This document shows, one piece after another, positions 28,553 to 38,201 of a stretch of 64,000 nucleotides of DNA. The stretch spans positions 241,008-305,007 of the forward strand of contig CBFIBS010000002.1 in assembly GCA_965660945.1 (NCBI GenBank). The letters are read 5' to 3'. The position numbers and the translations under genes were made by a program. The notes beneath the pieces were generated by a model that searched no databases, had not been told where the DNA came from, and was given only the letters and a program-made list of their open reading frames with translations. The first letter of the stretch is position 1. Every line of letters begins with the position of its first letter. The DNA comes from Alphaproteobacteria bacterium (GTDB lineage Bacteria; Pseudomonadota; Alphaproteobacteria; UBA7985).

Positions 28553-28756
28553 ATGAACACAATATTTCTGATTCTAACTGGTGTCTTCCTGATCGGGACG
28601 CTGGTCACCATGCTGGTCGGGGCCTTTGCTATGGGCCGCGGCGGGAGCTTCAACGACAAATACGGCAACCTTCTGATGCGGGCCAGGACGGTGTGCCAGG
28701 GCGGGACTGTGCTCTCGCTTGTGCTGCTGTTCCTGACCGGCGGGATGGATAACTGA
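28553..28756 (+). CDS. twin transmembrane helix small protein (HIG1-like)
   Basis: 67 aa with two TM helices. The inter-helix motif LMRARTVCQG is typical of alphaproteobacterial HIG1-domain proteins. Confidence 0.75.
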   Translation: MNTIFLILTGVFLIGTLVTMLVGAFAMGRGGSFNDKYGNLLMRARTVCQGGTVLSLVLLFLTGGMDN

Positions 28757-28758
28757 CT

Positions 28759-29331
28759 GTGGTCGAACTGACGCGCATCTACACCAAAGGCGGCGACAAG
28801 GGCAAAACCAGCCTGTCGACCGGCACACGGGTTGCGAAGTACGACCTGCGGGTCGAAGCCTACGGCACGGTGGATGAGGCCAACGCCGTGCTTGGCATGG
28901 TGCGGCTGACGCTCAGCGACTGGCCCGACATCGACAAGATTGTTGCCCGCGTCCAGAACGACATGTTCGATCTGGGGGCCGATCTAGCGACGCCGCTGGA
29001 TGCCGAGCTCTCCTACGAGCCGCTGCGCATGACCGAGGGTCAGGTTGAGAAGCTGGAAGCTGATATCGACCGCTACAACGCGCGCCTGCAGCCGCTGACG
29101 TCGTTCATCCTGCCCGGTGGCAGCCCGGCGGCGACGCAGTTCCACCTAAGCCGGACCGTGGTCCGCCGCGCCGAACGGCTGACGGTTGAACTGGGCGATA
29201 AGGTCGATATCAACCCCGAGGCCATCCGCTACCTCAACCGGCTTTCGGACCTGATGTTCGTGCTGGCGCGGATCTGCAACGACGACGGCAAGTCGGACGT
29301 GCTCTGGGTGCCCGGCGCCTCACGCGACTAG
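28759..29331 (+). CDS. ATP:cob(I)alamin adenosyltransferase, PduO type
   Basis: 190 aa with a GTG start. Motifs are IYTKGGDKGKTSL, YGTVDE.NA and FILPGGS. Confidence 0.9.
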   Translation: MVELTRIYTKGGDKGKTSLSTGTRVAKYDLRVEAYGTVDEANAVLGMVRLTLSDWPDIDKIVARVQNDMFDLGADLATPLDAELSYEPLRMTEGQVEKLEADIDRYNARLQPLTSFILPGGSPAATQFHLSRTVVRRAERLTVELGDKVDINPEAIRYLNRLSDLMFVLARICNDDGKSDVLWVPGASRD

Positions 29332-29369
29332 GGCCATCGGCGCCGCGCCGCCGGATTGAAGCCCGAGCC

Positions 29370-30698
29370 TCAGGCCTGCTTCGAACCGCCATTCGCTGAT
29401 TTGCGCGGCTTGGCCTTGGGCTTGCTCTTGGGCGTGGGCTGGGGTTCCGGCTGTGCCTTCGCGGGCTGGCGGTAGGCGAGGCTCTGCATCTCCACAAGCC
29501 GGGATTCGGTACGCAGGAAGGGCGGCATTTCGTGCTCTTCGAGACGGATCAGCTCCCCGATCGGCGCTTCGGCGCGGCCGTAGACGCAGGTTCCCGCCTC
29601 ATAGAGCACGTCGATCATCACCCGGAACCGTTCCCCGCTCTCGCGGTTAGCGTAGCGGATCACCGGGATCTCATCGATGAACACGCGGTCGAAGGACTGC
29701 GCCAGCAGCTGGAAATCATCCCGGCCCAGCGGCGCTTCGCAGAGATCGGCAAAGCGGAACAGCGCGGTCCGGCCCACGGCTTCCGGCACTTCGAGACTAC
29801 GACCAAGCAGAGACAGCTGCAGCGGCTGGCCCTCGCGCCGTCCGGCTTCGCGCTCGAACAGGCCGCGGAACAGCCGCGCGGAGCGGTCATCGAGCGGCTG
29901 CAGCCAGGCTTCGGTGTCGGCGACCCCGGTCAGGCGGTAGTCCTGCCCGTGGTCGAGGTTGACCACGCTGAACTCCTCTTCGATCAGCGCGATGGTCGGC
30001 AGGAATAGTTCCCGCTTCAGTCCGCCCAGGTAGAGCTCGGCGGGGGGCTGGTTGGAGGTTGTGACCACCGTCACGCCTTCGTCGATCAGCACGGTCAGGA
30101 CACGGCCGAGCAGGGTCGCATCGGCGATGTTGTTGACGAAGAATTCGTCAAAGCACAGCACCTTGGCGCGCTTGGCCTGCGCCCGGGCGAACCGCGCGGC
30201 CGTGTCGCCCCGGGCGTCGCCCTTTTCCCGGCGAGCATGGATATCCGCGTGCAGCTCGCTCATGAACTCGTGAAAGTGGCGTCGCTGCGCCTTCTTCGGC
30301 CCCAGTGCCTCGTAGAACAGGTCCATAGCCGTGGTTTTGCCGCGCCCGACCGGGCCGAAGAGGTAAAGACTGCGGGCGAAGTTTGCTTCCCGGGCCAGCG
30401 CCTCGTCCTCTGCACTCCCGCCGTCGCTGCCGCGACCACCCCCGAACAGGGCGGCGAGCCAGCCGAGCAAGCCGCCGCGCCGCACCGGCTGTTGCGACGC
30501 CTTGGCGGTCGCGCCCTGCCGCCGTGCCCGCGCCGCTGCGTCCCGGCGACGCTTCTGGATCGCCGGCGGCAGAGAAAGCTCGCGGTACAGGTCTTCAAGC
30601 GCTTCGACGGCACGACGCTGCGCGACCTGTGGCCGGAGTTCACCGGACGCAAGCGCGCTTTCGTAGGCGTCGAGCGGGGATTGGGGTTGGGACGTCAT
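29370..30698 (-). CDS. zapE: AFG1/ZapE family ATPase (cell-division protein ZapE)
   Basis: The ORF track gives 29370..30752. ATG 30698 is preceded by GAAGGG. It has Walker A GPVGRGKT and Walker B VLCFDEF. There is a Lys/Pro-rich C-terminal tail. Confidence 0.9.
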   Translation of the reverse strand: MTSQPQSPLDAYESALASGELRPQVAQRRAVEALEDLYRELSLPPAIQKRRRDAAARARRQGATAKASQQPVRRGGLLGWLAALFGGGRGSDGGSAEDEALAREANFARSLYLFGPVGRGKTTAMDLFYEALGPKKAQRRHFHEFMSELHADIHARREKGDARGDTAARFARAQAKRAKVLCFDEFFVNNIADATLLGRVLTVLIDEGVTVVTTSNQPPAELYLGGLKRELFLPTIALIEEEFSVVNLDHGQDYRLTGVADTEAWLQPLDDRSARLFRGLFEREAGRREGQPLQLSLLGRSLEVPEAVGRTALFRFADLCEAPLGRDDFQLLAQSFDRVFIDEIPVIRYANRESGERFRVMIDVLYEAGTCVYGRAEAPIGELIRLEEHEMPPFLRTESRLVEMQSLAYRQPAKAQPEPQPTPKSKPKAKPRKSANGGSKQA

Positions 30699-30805
30699 AG
30701 ACCCTTCGTTAGCCCGAAACGACGGCGGGGGAAAGCCGGACCGCTGGCGCATCGCTCAGCGGTCGGCCATGCGGCAGGCAACCCTGAGACACAACCGGGC
30801 TTCGG

Positions 30806-33190
30806 TCAGTTTCCACCCACCGGATAGCCGTTGACGTTGATGGGGGCACCCAAGGGGACTTCGATCACGAAATCGAGCGCATCGGCGTCCGCGTCCGGAA
30901 TGCCGAGGCTGTCCATCAGCATGCTCAGTCCCACCAGTTGCGACAGCAGGTCAAGCGTGGAGCGGGCCTCGTCCGAATCATCCCCGCTGAGTGCCTCCAT
31001 CTGGCCTTCCACCATCTGCTTCAATGCGCCCAGCCCGGTCACGCGCAGGTCGATCTGTCCTTCGCCGAAGTTGGGTTCGGCCAGTGGGCTGATCACGACT
31101 TCACCCGCGGCTTCGGCGCCAACCAGACCACCGCGAACGTAGGACGGTGCCACCACCAGCGACGGCGGTGAGGAGAAGAACGGAGAAACCAGCGCAAAGC
31201 CGGACATGGTGAGCGCCTGAATATCCAGGTCGGCCGCCTGCGTCAGATCGCTGACGGGCAGCAGAATGGTGTCGGCAATGGTCAGCACCTGCTCCATCGG
31301 AATACGCTCGATCCCGGCTTCCAGCCGGATATCCTGCGGCAGCAGGCCCGGCGCATCGCCCTCGCCGAGGAATAGCGCCAGCATGGTGGGGTCGAGGTCC
31401 CAGTCGCCGCGGAGGTCAAGGTTCAGCCCCGATTGCTCGAGCAACAGACCCAGCCGAGCCCGGTCAGAAGCGAGATTGCTGGTTTCGAAGCCCAGCCCGA
31501 ACTTGCCCAGCTGCACGTCAAACCCGGCATCACCACCAGGCAGCACGCCCGCAACCTCAACATCCGTGATCGCCAAAGACAGGCTTGGCAGGTAAGTCGC
31601 CAGCGCCAGGCGGATGCCATCACCCATGCTGACCTGCTCGACCACCAGCCCGCTGAGGATGTCGCGGAACACCGTCAGCACGTTGCTGTTGACCGAACGC
31701 ATCTCGAAGCCGCCGATGCGCCCGCCCCAGCCAAGCCCGGCCACGTCACCGGACAAGCCACGCAGGGCAAAGATGGTCTCCTGCACATCCTGATCACCGC
31801 TGTAGTCGACAACCGAGGACAGCAGCGCCTCGTCCAGCGACACGCGCGGCGCACCCGGCTCGGGAGAGACCGCGACGCTGAGGCCAGCAATAGACAGCGA
31901 CTGCTCGGTCCGTTCCAGCTGTTCCAGCGCGCCGTCGAGCAAGGCAGCGCCGTGCCGGATCAGGGCGGGGGTCAGAGCCGCCAGAAGGTCGCCTTCATCG
32001 CCCGCTGCGACGGCAGTGCGGATATCACCGGCCAGCGCCCGCATGATCTCCGCGATGAAGCGGCTGTCGGTGCCCGCCGTCTGCAGCGTGGATGCATCCA
32101 GACGACCGCCTTCGAAGGAAGCCAGCTCAAAGGTATCGTCGCTGCCAAAGGCCATCAGCCCGACGCTGCCGCTGCCAAGATCGAAGCGTGCAAGACTGTC
32201 GTTAGACGCGGCGTCGAATACGGATTCCAGCGTCATACCGCTGAGATCGACATAGATATCGTTGCCCGCAAAGTTGTAGCGTCGCAGCTGAACCGGTCCG
32301 AGCGTCAGGCTGCTGTCGAGGTCGATCGGGGTCTGTTCGAACAGCGGCGCCCAGCGTTCGAGCAGGTCCGGCACGATCAGCACGGGGTCGATCAGACCTG
32401 CCAGCACCAGCATCGAGGTGGTCATCCCGTAGTTCAGCTCCTCGTGCAGGAATTTGCCCCGCGCGCGCGGTGACTGAAAGGCACTGGAGAGGCTTTCGAT
32501 ATCAAGCAGCCGCTCCCCTTCGATTAGGAACACTGCCCCCTGCAGGTCGATATTCGCCAGCAGCCGCTCCTGACCCTCGGCATCGTCAATCGACAGGCTG
32601 AAGCTGTCCAAGCCGAAAAAACTGGCTTCCGGGTCTGAGGCATCGGCAAAGCGCAGGTTGCTGCCAGCGAGTGCAATGCGCTCGAAGTTGGCCGTGCGCT
32701 GGTCGATCGAGACTTCGAGCGTCAGGGCTTCAGCGTCGATCACGCTCGGGCGGTCGGTCCAGTAGGACTGTGCGACGGGCAAAAGGTCGAGGCTAAGCGA
32801 CAGACTGTGGTCGTCGGCCACGCCGGCAAAGACCAGATCGCCCAGCGCCTGGCCGGCGAACCGGGCATTGGTCGCGGTGATTTCGAAGGTCTCGCCCTTG
32901 CCGTCGGGGTCGAAGACGTCGAAGCCGTCAGTGACAACCGGCAGGCCGAGGAAAAGGGAGATCGGCTGTTCCTGCACCTGACTGAGCAGGGACGAGACCG
33001 CACCTTCGCTCAGGCCCTCGTCGGTCGACTGGGCCTGCGCGGTCACCGGCGTCAGCGCCAGCGCAAGCGTCAGTCCAGCGAGGGTGAGTAGGGTCTTCAG
33101 CCCCGCGAAACAGTGGTGTTTGATCCGGTTGCAAAGCCGTGATTTCAACAGGTTGTCCGAAGAGATAAGCCCTGATTTGAACTCGCGCAT
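30806..33190 (-). CDS. secreted protein of unknown function (794 aa), paralogue of the upstream 637-aa gene
   Basis: Long ORF in the same orientation as its neighbours. It has a signal peptide ending TPVTAQA-QS. The mature part has no Cys, is acidic and Leu/Ala/Gly/Asp/Ser-rich with alternating beta-strand-like patterns. I recognise no domain. Confidence 0.7.
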   Translation of the reverse strand: MREFKSGLISSDNLLKSRLCNRIKHHCFAGLKTLLTLAGLTLALALTPVTAQAQSTDEGLSEGAVSSLLSQVQEQPISLFLGLPVVTDGFDVFDPDGKGETFEITATNARFAGQALGDLVFAGVADDHSLSLSLDLLPVAQSYWTDRPSVIDAEALTLEVSIDQRTANFERIALAGSNLRFADASDPEASFFGLDSFSLSIDDAEGQERLLANIDLQGAVFLIEGERLLDIESLSSAFQSPRARGKFLHEELNYGMTTSMLVLAGLIDPVLIVPDLLERWAPLFEQTPIDLDSSLTLGPVQLRRYNFAGNDIYVDLSGMTLESVFDAASNDSLARFDLGSGSVGLMAFGSDDTFELASFEGGRLDASTLQTAGTDSRFIAEIMRALAGDIRTAVAAGDEGDLLAALTPALIRHGAALLDGALEQLERTEQSLSIAGLSVAVSPEPGAPRVSLDEALLSSVVDYSGDQDVQETIFALRGLSGDVAGLGWGGRIGGFEMRSVNSNVLTVFRDILSGLVVEQVSMGDGIRLALATYLPSLSLAITDVEVAGVLPGGDAGFDVQLGKFGLGFETSNLASDRARLGLLLEQSGLNLDLRGDWDLDPTMLALFLGEGDAPGLLPQDIRLEAGIERIPMEQVLTIADTILLPVSDLTQAADLDIQALTMSGFALVSPFFSSPPSLVVAPSYVRGGLVGAEAAGEVVISPLAEPNFGEGQIDLRVTGLGALKQMVEGQMEALSGDDSDEARSTLDLLSQLVGLSMLMDSLGIPDADADALDFVIEVPLGAPINVNGYPVGGN

Positions 33191-33313
33191 GGTCGCCTCC
33201 TTGCCCTGTCAGCGACCAGAGGCTAAACCCCACGTCGCTGAACATTGGTTGGATCTAGGCGTGACAGAATGTCCCGATTCCTCGCGAGTTTCCAGTCTCG
33301 GTTCACAGAAAGG

Positions 33314-35227
33314 CTATTGCGGGGCGATAATGTCCCCGTTGAGCATGATTTCACCCAGCTGGGTAAGTTCAAGGGCGTAGCGGCGCTGATCGTTGCCCGA
33401 AGCCGCGCCGAAGTCGCTCAATCGGCTGGCCCAGTCAGCGATTTGCGTACCGTATTCCTGCATGCCCTGCGCGTCTTCACCCCCTGAAGCCAGGGCATCG
33501 GCTGCGGTTTGCTGGGCACGCTCGTGCACGGCGTCCAACCCACTGACATTGGCAACGAAACTGCCGAACCCGAACAGTGGCGGGATGGGCATGACCTGAT
33601 GGGTGCCCTCCAGACTCATGCTAAAGTCTTCAGCCGTCGCCACGGTGTCGGTGACTGCGACCATGGGTGGCTGGATCAGGAAGGGCGTGATCATGCCCAG
33701 CGCGCCGGTCGCCAGTGAGCGGAGCAGCGTGCCGGGGTCCTGGACCGACCCGGCCCGGGGCAGGCTGCCGAGGGTTTCGCGCAGGTTGGCCATGGGCAGG
33801 GCGGTAATGTCCACCGTGGCGCTGAGCTGTGACGGCACAAGGCTCTGCGACAGCGGGTCGAAGCGGACGAGGCGCCCGCCCAGCACCGGCACCACGGCCG
33901 GGACGACGATCGGATCAGGCTCGATCCCTGCTTCGGACGGCAGGGCGCTGAGGTCGATGCCGTCGGCCCGTACCTGCAGTGTCACCCCGGCGCCATCCAG
34001 CCGCATGTCACTGAGCTGCAGGCTGCCCGCAGCCTCCGCCATAGTCAGGGAGAACAGCCGGTCAGGCAGCGTGAATACCATGCCGCTGACCGAGCCCTCG
34101 ACCCGCAGGCTGCTGAAGAACAGGAAGACATCAGCCAGCACCGACCAGCTGCTACCCGGTTCCGCTTCGGTGAACAGCGTGGCGAGTGCACCGGTGAAGG
34201 CGGCGACATCTGCCTCGCCGAGGCTGAGGCTCAACTGCGCCTGATTGAGACTGGCGAAGTCTTCCCGCCGCTGAATTCCTAAGCCGTCCATGGTCAGCTG
34301 CAGGTCCTGGGCTTTGAGCGCATCGCCATCGGACCCGGCGGGCAGGGTCAGCCTGTCGATCTGCACGGTCAGACCGAGCGCGCCGACGGACAGGTCGAGG
34401 TCGCGGATCTCGAGGTCTGTACGCGATGCCGAAGCGGGCAGGTACAGCGCCTGCAGATGCGCCATCGTCGCCGCGATCAGGGCTTCACCACCGTTATCAA
34501 TGGCCTTCAGAAAGCGATGGTCAAACGCGCGGCCGAGGCTGGCGTAGGCCGATCCGGGCGCCCCACCCTGCCACTGGCTCTGGTAGCGCAGTTCACCGAT
34601 TGTGAAGCCCGCCGAGGTGTCGGGGTCGCCCTCATTCACGGGCACGCTGCCACCAGAGACGCTCAGACCCCGTACCTGCAGGCGGTAGCCAGCCGGGTCT
34701 GCAACCATGCTCAGCTCATCGATGTTGAACCGGCCGCCCTGCGCTGTCCGCAGTGTCAGACCTTGCACCCGGTAGTCGAGCTGCCGATAGCCGCGGATGC
34801 GCTGATCCCAGAGCCCCTGCAGCTGCCAGCTGTCTGAAGCAGCACCGGCGTTGGCATCGAGGTCTTCTCCCGCGCGCCAGTCGCGGCTGGCCACGGTCCA
34901 CAGCCCGTCGCCCGAGGGCGCAACATCCACGGCCAGCGTGCCAACGGGTCGGCCGAACATGGTGACTTGGGCCAACACCCCGCCCCCGGCGTCTTCGGTG
35001 ACTGAGGTTGCGTCCAGCGGCAGCGGGCCGAGCAGGCCGAAGGTGTGTTCGAGCTCACCGGTGATCAGCGCCTGAGCCGTCTTTGGGTCAGACCCGGACT
35101 GCGCCTGCGCCATCGACGGAACCAGCGGCGTGGCTGCCAGGCACAGGGCGGAGAGGCACGCAGCGGCATGCGCGCGGAGACGGTTGAAGCGCAGCAAATC
35201 AAATCCTCCAAAGCGGCCCGAAGACAT
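33314..35227 (-). CDS. secreted protein of unknown function (637 aa), paralogue of the downstream 794-aa gene
   Basis: It has a signal peptide ending VPSMAQA-QS. The composition is similar to the 794-aa protein. The C-terminal motifs line up with it (PF.x3.PP, FG.G, V.GL.A, ..NG.. near the end). Confidence 0.7.
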   Translation of the reverse strand: MSSGRFGGFDLLRFNRLRAHAAACLSALCLAATPLVPSMAQAQSGSDPKTAQALITGELEHTFGLLGPLPLDATSVTEDAGGGVLAQVTMFGRPVGTLAVDVAPSGDGLWTVASRDWRAGEDLDANAGAASDSWQLQGLWDQRIRGYRQLDYRVQGLTLRTAQGGRFNIDELSMVADPAGYRLQVRGLSVSGGSVPVNEGDPDTSAGFTIGELRYQSQWQGGAPGSAYASLGRAFDHRFLKAIDNGGEALIAATMAHLQALYLPASASRTDLEIRDLDLSVGALGLTVQIDRLTLPAGSDGDALKAQDLQLTMDGLGIQRREDFASLNQAQLSLSLGEADVAAFTGALATLFTEAEPGSSWSVLADVFLFFSSLRVEGSVSGMVFTLPDRLFSLTMAEAAGSLQLSDMRLDGAGVTLQVRADGIDLSALPSEAGIEPDPIVVPAVVPVLGGRLVRFDPLSQSLVPSQLSATVDITALPMANLRETLGSLPRAGSVQDPGTLLRSLATGALGMITPFLIQPPMVAVTDTVATAEDFSMSLEGTHQVMPIPPLFGFGSFVANVSGLDAVHERAQQTAADALASGGEDAQGMQEYGTQIADWASRLSDFGAASGNDQRRYALELTQLGEIMLNGDIIAPQ

Positions 35228-35395
35228 GGGGTCCGCGGTCCGGTCATCCGGTGACCAGCTTGTGGCTCCAGACCTACTACACCCTAGCCCTGAAATGTAG
35301 ATGGATTATGAAACAAATTGCGTGCAATCGTGGCGGGTGACCGGCGTTCGGCCGACCTCGACTTTCGCCGCGCTGATGGGGATCGACGGCGGGTA

Positions 35396-36118
35396 TCAGC
35401 CCGCGATCTGTGCCTGCTCGAACAGCGACAGGGACGAGGTTTCGATGCACTCCGAGACCTCGGTGAGGAAAGCGCGTTTGTCCAGGCCGGGCTGGATGGC
35501 GGGCTGGATGGCGACGGTGATGACGCCCTGCTTCAGGCCTTTCAGACCCTGATCCCAGAACACGCCGCTGTCGGTGCCCACAGGCACCACGGGCAGGTTC
35601 AGCTTCTCGTACATGGCGGCGACGCCCGGGTGGTAGCGCCCGCGCTCGCCCGGCCGGGTGCGTGTGCCTTCGGGGAAGATCACCACGGGCAGGCCTTGGT
35701 CTGCCTTGGCCTGCGAGTCCACCAGCAGCTTTTTCAGCGAAGACAGCCCGGCTTTCCGGTCCAGTGCGACCACGTCGATATGGCGGATGAACCAGCCGAA
35801 GATGGGCTGGCTCAGCAGCTCTTCCTTCATCACGTAGGCGGCGTTGGGGATGAGCTGGCTCCAGACCACGGTGTCGAAGAACGACTGGTGCTTGGAGGCG
35901 AGGATGAACGGGCCTTCCGGCAGGTTCTCCAGCCCTGTAACCTGCCAGCGCACCCCGGCGAAAAAGCGGGAGATGAAGAGGACTCCGCGCGCCCAGAAAA
36001 GGCCGAAGGCCAGCGTCGCGCCCTTGCCGAAGAACACCACCGGCCAGCCGATGGCCCCCATGATCCCTGTCCAGGCATAGCCGGCGAGTTTCGCCATGGT
36101 CGAACGCAGTGACATCAT
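35396..36118 (-). CDS. plsC: 1-acyl-sn-glycerol-3-phosphate acyltransferase
   Basis: The ORF track gives 35396..36331. I moved the start to ATG 36118 (MMSLRST..). It has the acyltransferase motifs KHQSFFD (HX4D) and FPEGTRT. Confidence 0.85.
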   Translation of the reverse strand: MMSLRSTMAKLAGYAWTGIMGAIGWPVVFFGKGATLAFGLFWARGVLFISRFFAGVRWQVTGLENLPEGPFILASKHQSFFDTVVWSQLIPNAAYVMKEELLSQPIFGWFIRHIDVVALDRKAGLSSLKKLLVDSQAKADQGLPVVIFPEGTRTRPGERGRYHPGVAAMYEKLNLPVVPVGTDSGVFWDQGLKGLKQGVITVAIQPAIQPGLDKRAFLTEVSECIETSSLSLFEQAQIAG

Positions 36119-36339
36119 CGTGGACGGTTTTTCCTTAACGGCGCCAGTGCCAGCAAGCAGGCGGACGGGCGGGTGTTTGAGTATGGGCGGGTGTTTGGGT
36201 GTGTGTGCGGGCAAGCAAGCAGGAAACGGGCGAACCCGCAGCGGACGAGGGAATAGGGTCGGACACGAGACGGCAGCACCCTGCCTCGAGCGAGAGGGTA
36301 GCGCGCTCGCAGATGGGTTCAAGCCTTCCATTCACAGGC

Positions 36340-37323
36340 TCAGAAGGTCTGCCGCAATTTTCCGGCGACACGCCACCGCGTGGTCACAGTGGCAAGCAGC
36401 ACGATCAAGGCAAAAATGATCACTGCGACCAGCACCAGCGCGGGCAGCAGCGTGGCCGTCAACGCTGGTTCCAACGCCGGGGATCGCAGCCAGAGAAGCA
36501 GCTGCAGCCCGCAGCCCGTCGCGGCGCCCAGCCCGCCCCCAAGCAGCGCCAACCGCCACACGAAACCGGTGAACTCGCGGATGATCAGCCGGTCCGGCGC
36601 CCCTGACATGAGCAGGACTTCGATAACCGGCGCCTGCAGGTCCATGGATTGGCTGATGGTGAGAACCGTGGTCGCCGAAACCACCACCAGCAGCACGGCC
36701 AGCAGCGCCGCAGTGCTGCCGGCTTCCGCCAGCCGCTGGGCGCTGAGCTGGCTGCGCAAGGCGGCGTTGTCATCCAGCACGCTGCCCGGTGCGGCGCGTT
36801 CGAGCGCCCGGCGCAGTTCGGTCATGGAGACCTCGACCCGGGGGGTTCGACCGAGGGTGATGACCGCGGGCAGTGGCACCTGTGCACTCAGGCCCGCCTC
36901 CAGCGTATCGCCGATCAGGCGACGAGTGGCAGCCTCGTCGAGGGTCCGGATGCGGGTCAGGCCCACCGTGGCTTCGAGCACGTCAAGCGCCCGTCTCAGC
37001 GCCGGGTCTTCCGCGGTATCGGGCAAGCCGGGCGCGGTCGGGACGATCACGATCAGCTCGCTGTCAGCGACGCGCAGCGCCGACTGAATGACGAACAGGC
37101 GCTGCATCGACTGCAGCACGAAGAACACGGCCAGCAGGCTCATCAACCCGAGCAGGACCGGCAGCAGCCGGGCCACTGTCTGCCCGCGAAAGATCAGCAG
37201 CGGTTCGTGAGGCGCAGCGTGGGGAACCCCGGACTCTGCCCGAGACTTTACCCCGGACTTTGCGTCGGGCGTCGCGGTCGCCGCCGCAGTGCGTGGCGAT
37301 GGCTGAGTTGGCTGCCGGGTCAT
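36340..37323 (-). CDS. ftsX: cell division ABC transporter permease-like protein FtsX
   Basis: 327 aa. It has a 4-TM FtsX topology with a large first periplasmic loop and overlaps ftsE by 4 nt. Confidence 0.85.
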   Translation of the reverse strand: MTRQPTQPSPRTAAATATPDAKSGVKSRAESGVPHAAPHEPLLIFRGQTVARLLPVLLGLMSLLAVFFVLQSMQRLFVIQSALRVADSELIVIVPTAPGLPDTAEDPALRRALDVLEATVGLTRIRTLDEAATRRLIGDTLEAGLSAQVPLPAVITLGRTPRVEVSMTELRRALERAAPGSVLDDNAALRSQLSAQRLAEAGSTAALLAVLLVVVSATTVLTISQSMDLQAPVIEVLLMSGAPDRLIIREFTGFVWRLALLGGGLGAATGCGLQLLLWLRSPALEPALTATLLPALVLVAVIIFALIVLLATVTTRWRVAGKLRQTF

Positions 37324-37997
37324 GGCGCCGCCCCCGGTTGGCCTGCCGCTTTAACCCGACCGCCTTCGAGGTGGATGGCCGGATAATCGAAGCGCTCCAG
37401 CAAAGCACCGCTGTGGGTCGCAACCACCACCGTGGTGCCCAGCTTGTTGAGCTCTTCGAGCAGGCGCATGAGCTTGATGCCGATCCCGTCGTCGACATTG
37501 CCGGTTGGCTCATCCGCGAGCAGCAGATTGGGGCGATTGATCACCGCGCGGGCGATGGCGACCCGCTGCTTCTGACCGCCGCTGAGCTGCTCGGGTCTGA
37601 CATCGGCGTGCTCACCCAGGCCGACCCAGTGCAGCAATTCATGGACGTAGTCCCGGTCGCCCTTCCGCGCCTTGCCTGAAACCCGCAGCGGCAGGGCGAC
37701 GTTATCGTAGACGCTCATATGGTCGATCAGGCGGAAGTCCTGGAACACCACGCCGAGGCGCGAGCGGACCAGCGCTTTCTGGTCCCGGGTCAGTCGGCGC
37801 GTATCCCGGCCGAAGATCTCCAGCCGTCCCTGGCTGGGCTGGATGCCTAGAAACATCAGCCGCAACAGGGTGGTCTTGCCCGCACCGCTGGCGCCGGTAA
37901 CAAAGCGGAAGCCGCCACTGGGCACCTGCAGCGATACATCCTGCAGCACCCCCGGGCGGACGGGGAAGTCCACACTGATCTGATCCATGCGAATCAC
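37320..37997 (-). CDS. ftsE: cell division ATP-binding protein FtsE
   Basis: 225 aa. It has Walker [10 protein letters not shown], the signature LSGGQKQR and Walker B LLLADEP. Confidence 0.93.
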   Translation of the reverse strand: MIRMDQISVDFPVRPGVLQDVSLQVPSGGFRFVTGASGAGKTTLLRLMFLGIQPSQGRLEIFGRDTRRLTRDQKALVRSRLGVVFQDFRLIDHMSVYDNVALPLRVSGKARKGDRDYVHELLHWVGLGEHADVRPEQLSGGQKQRVAIARAVINRPNLLLADEPTGNVDDGIGIKLMRLLEELNKLGTTVVVATHSGALLERFDYPAIHLEGGRVKAAGQPGAAP

Positions 37998-38201
37998 AAA
38001 TTTTGCCCTTTGGATCGAATTTTAGCTGTGGTCGCTGGCATAAATAATCTATTCCCCTTGTCCAAAGCCAGCGCCGATTTGATGCCCTCCAGTTTTTCGC
38101 TGTTTTGGGCTAAACTCCGGCCTCGGTAATGCGTCAGAGAAGCGGGCGCTTTGGGCGCACCGTCAGAGCGCCCCATCGGGTTGAAAGGTCAGACCTTAGG
38201 C

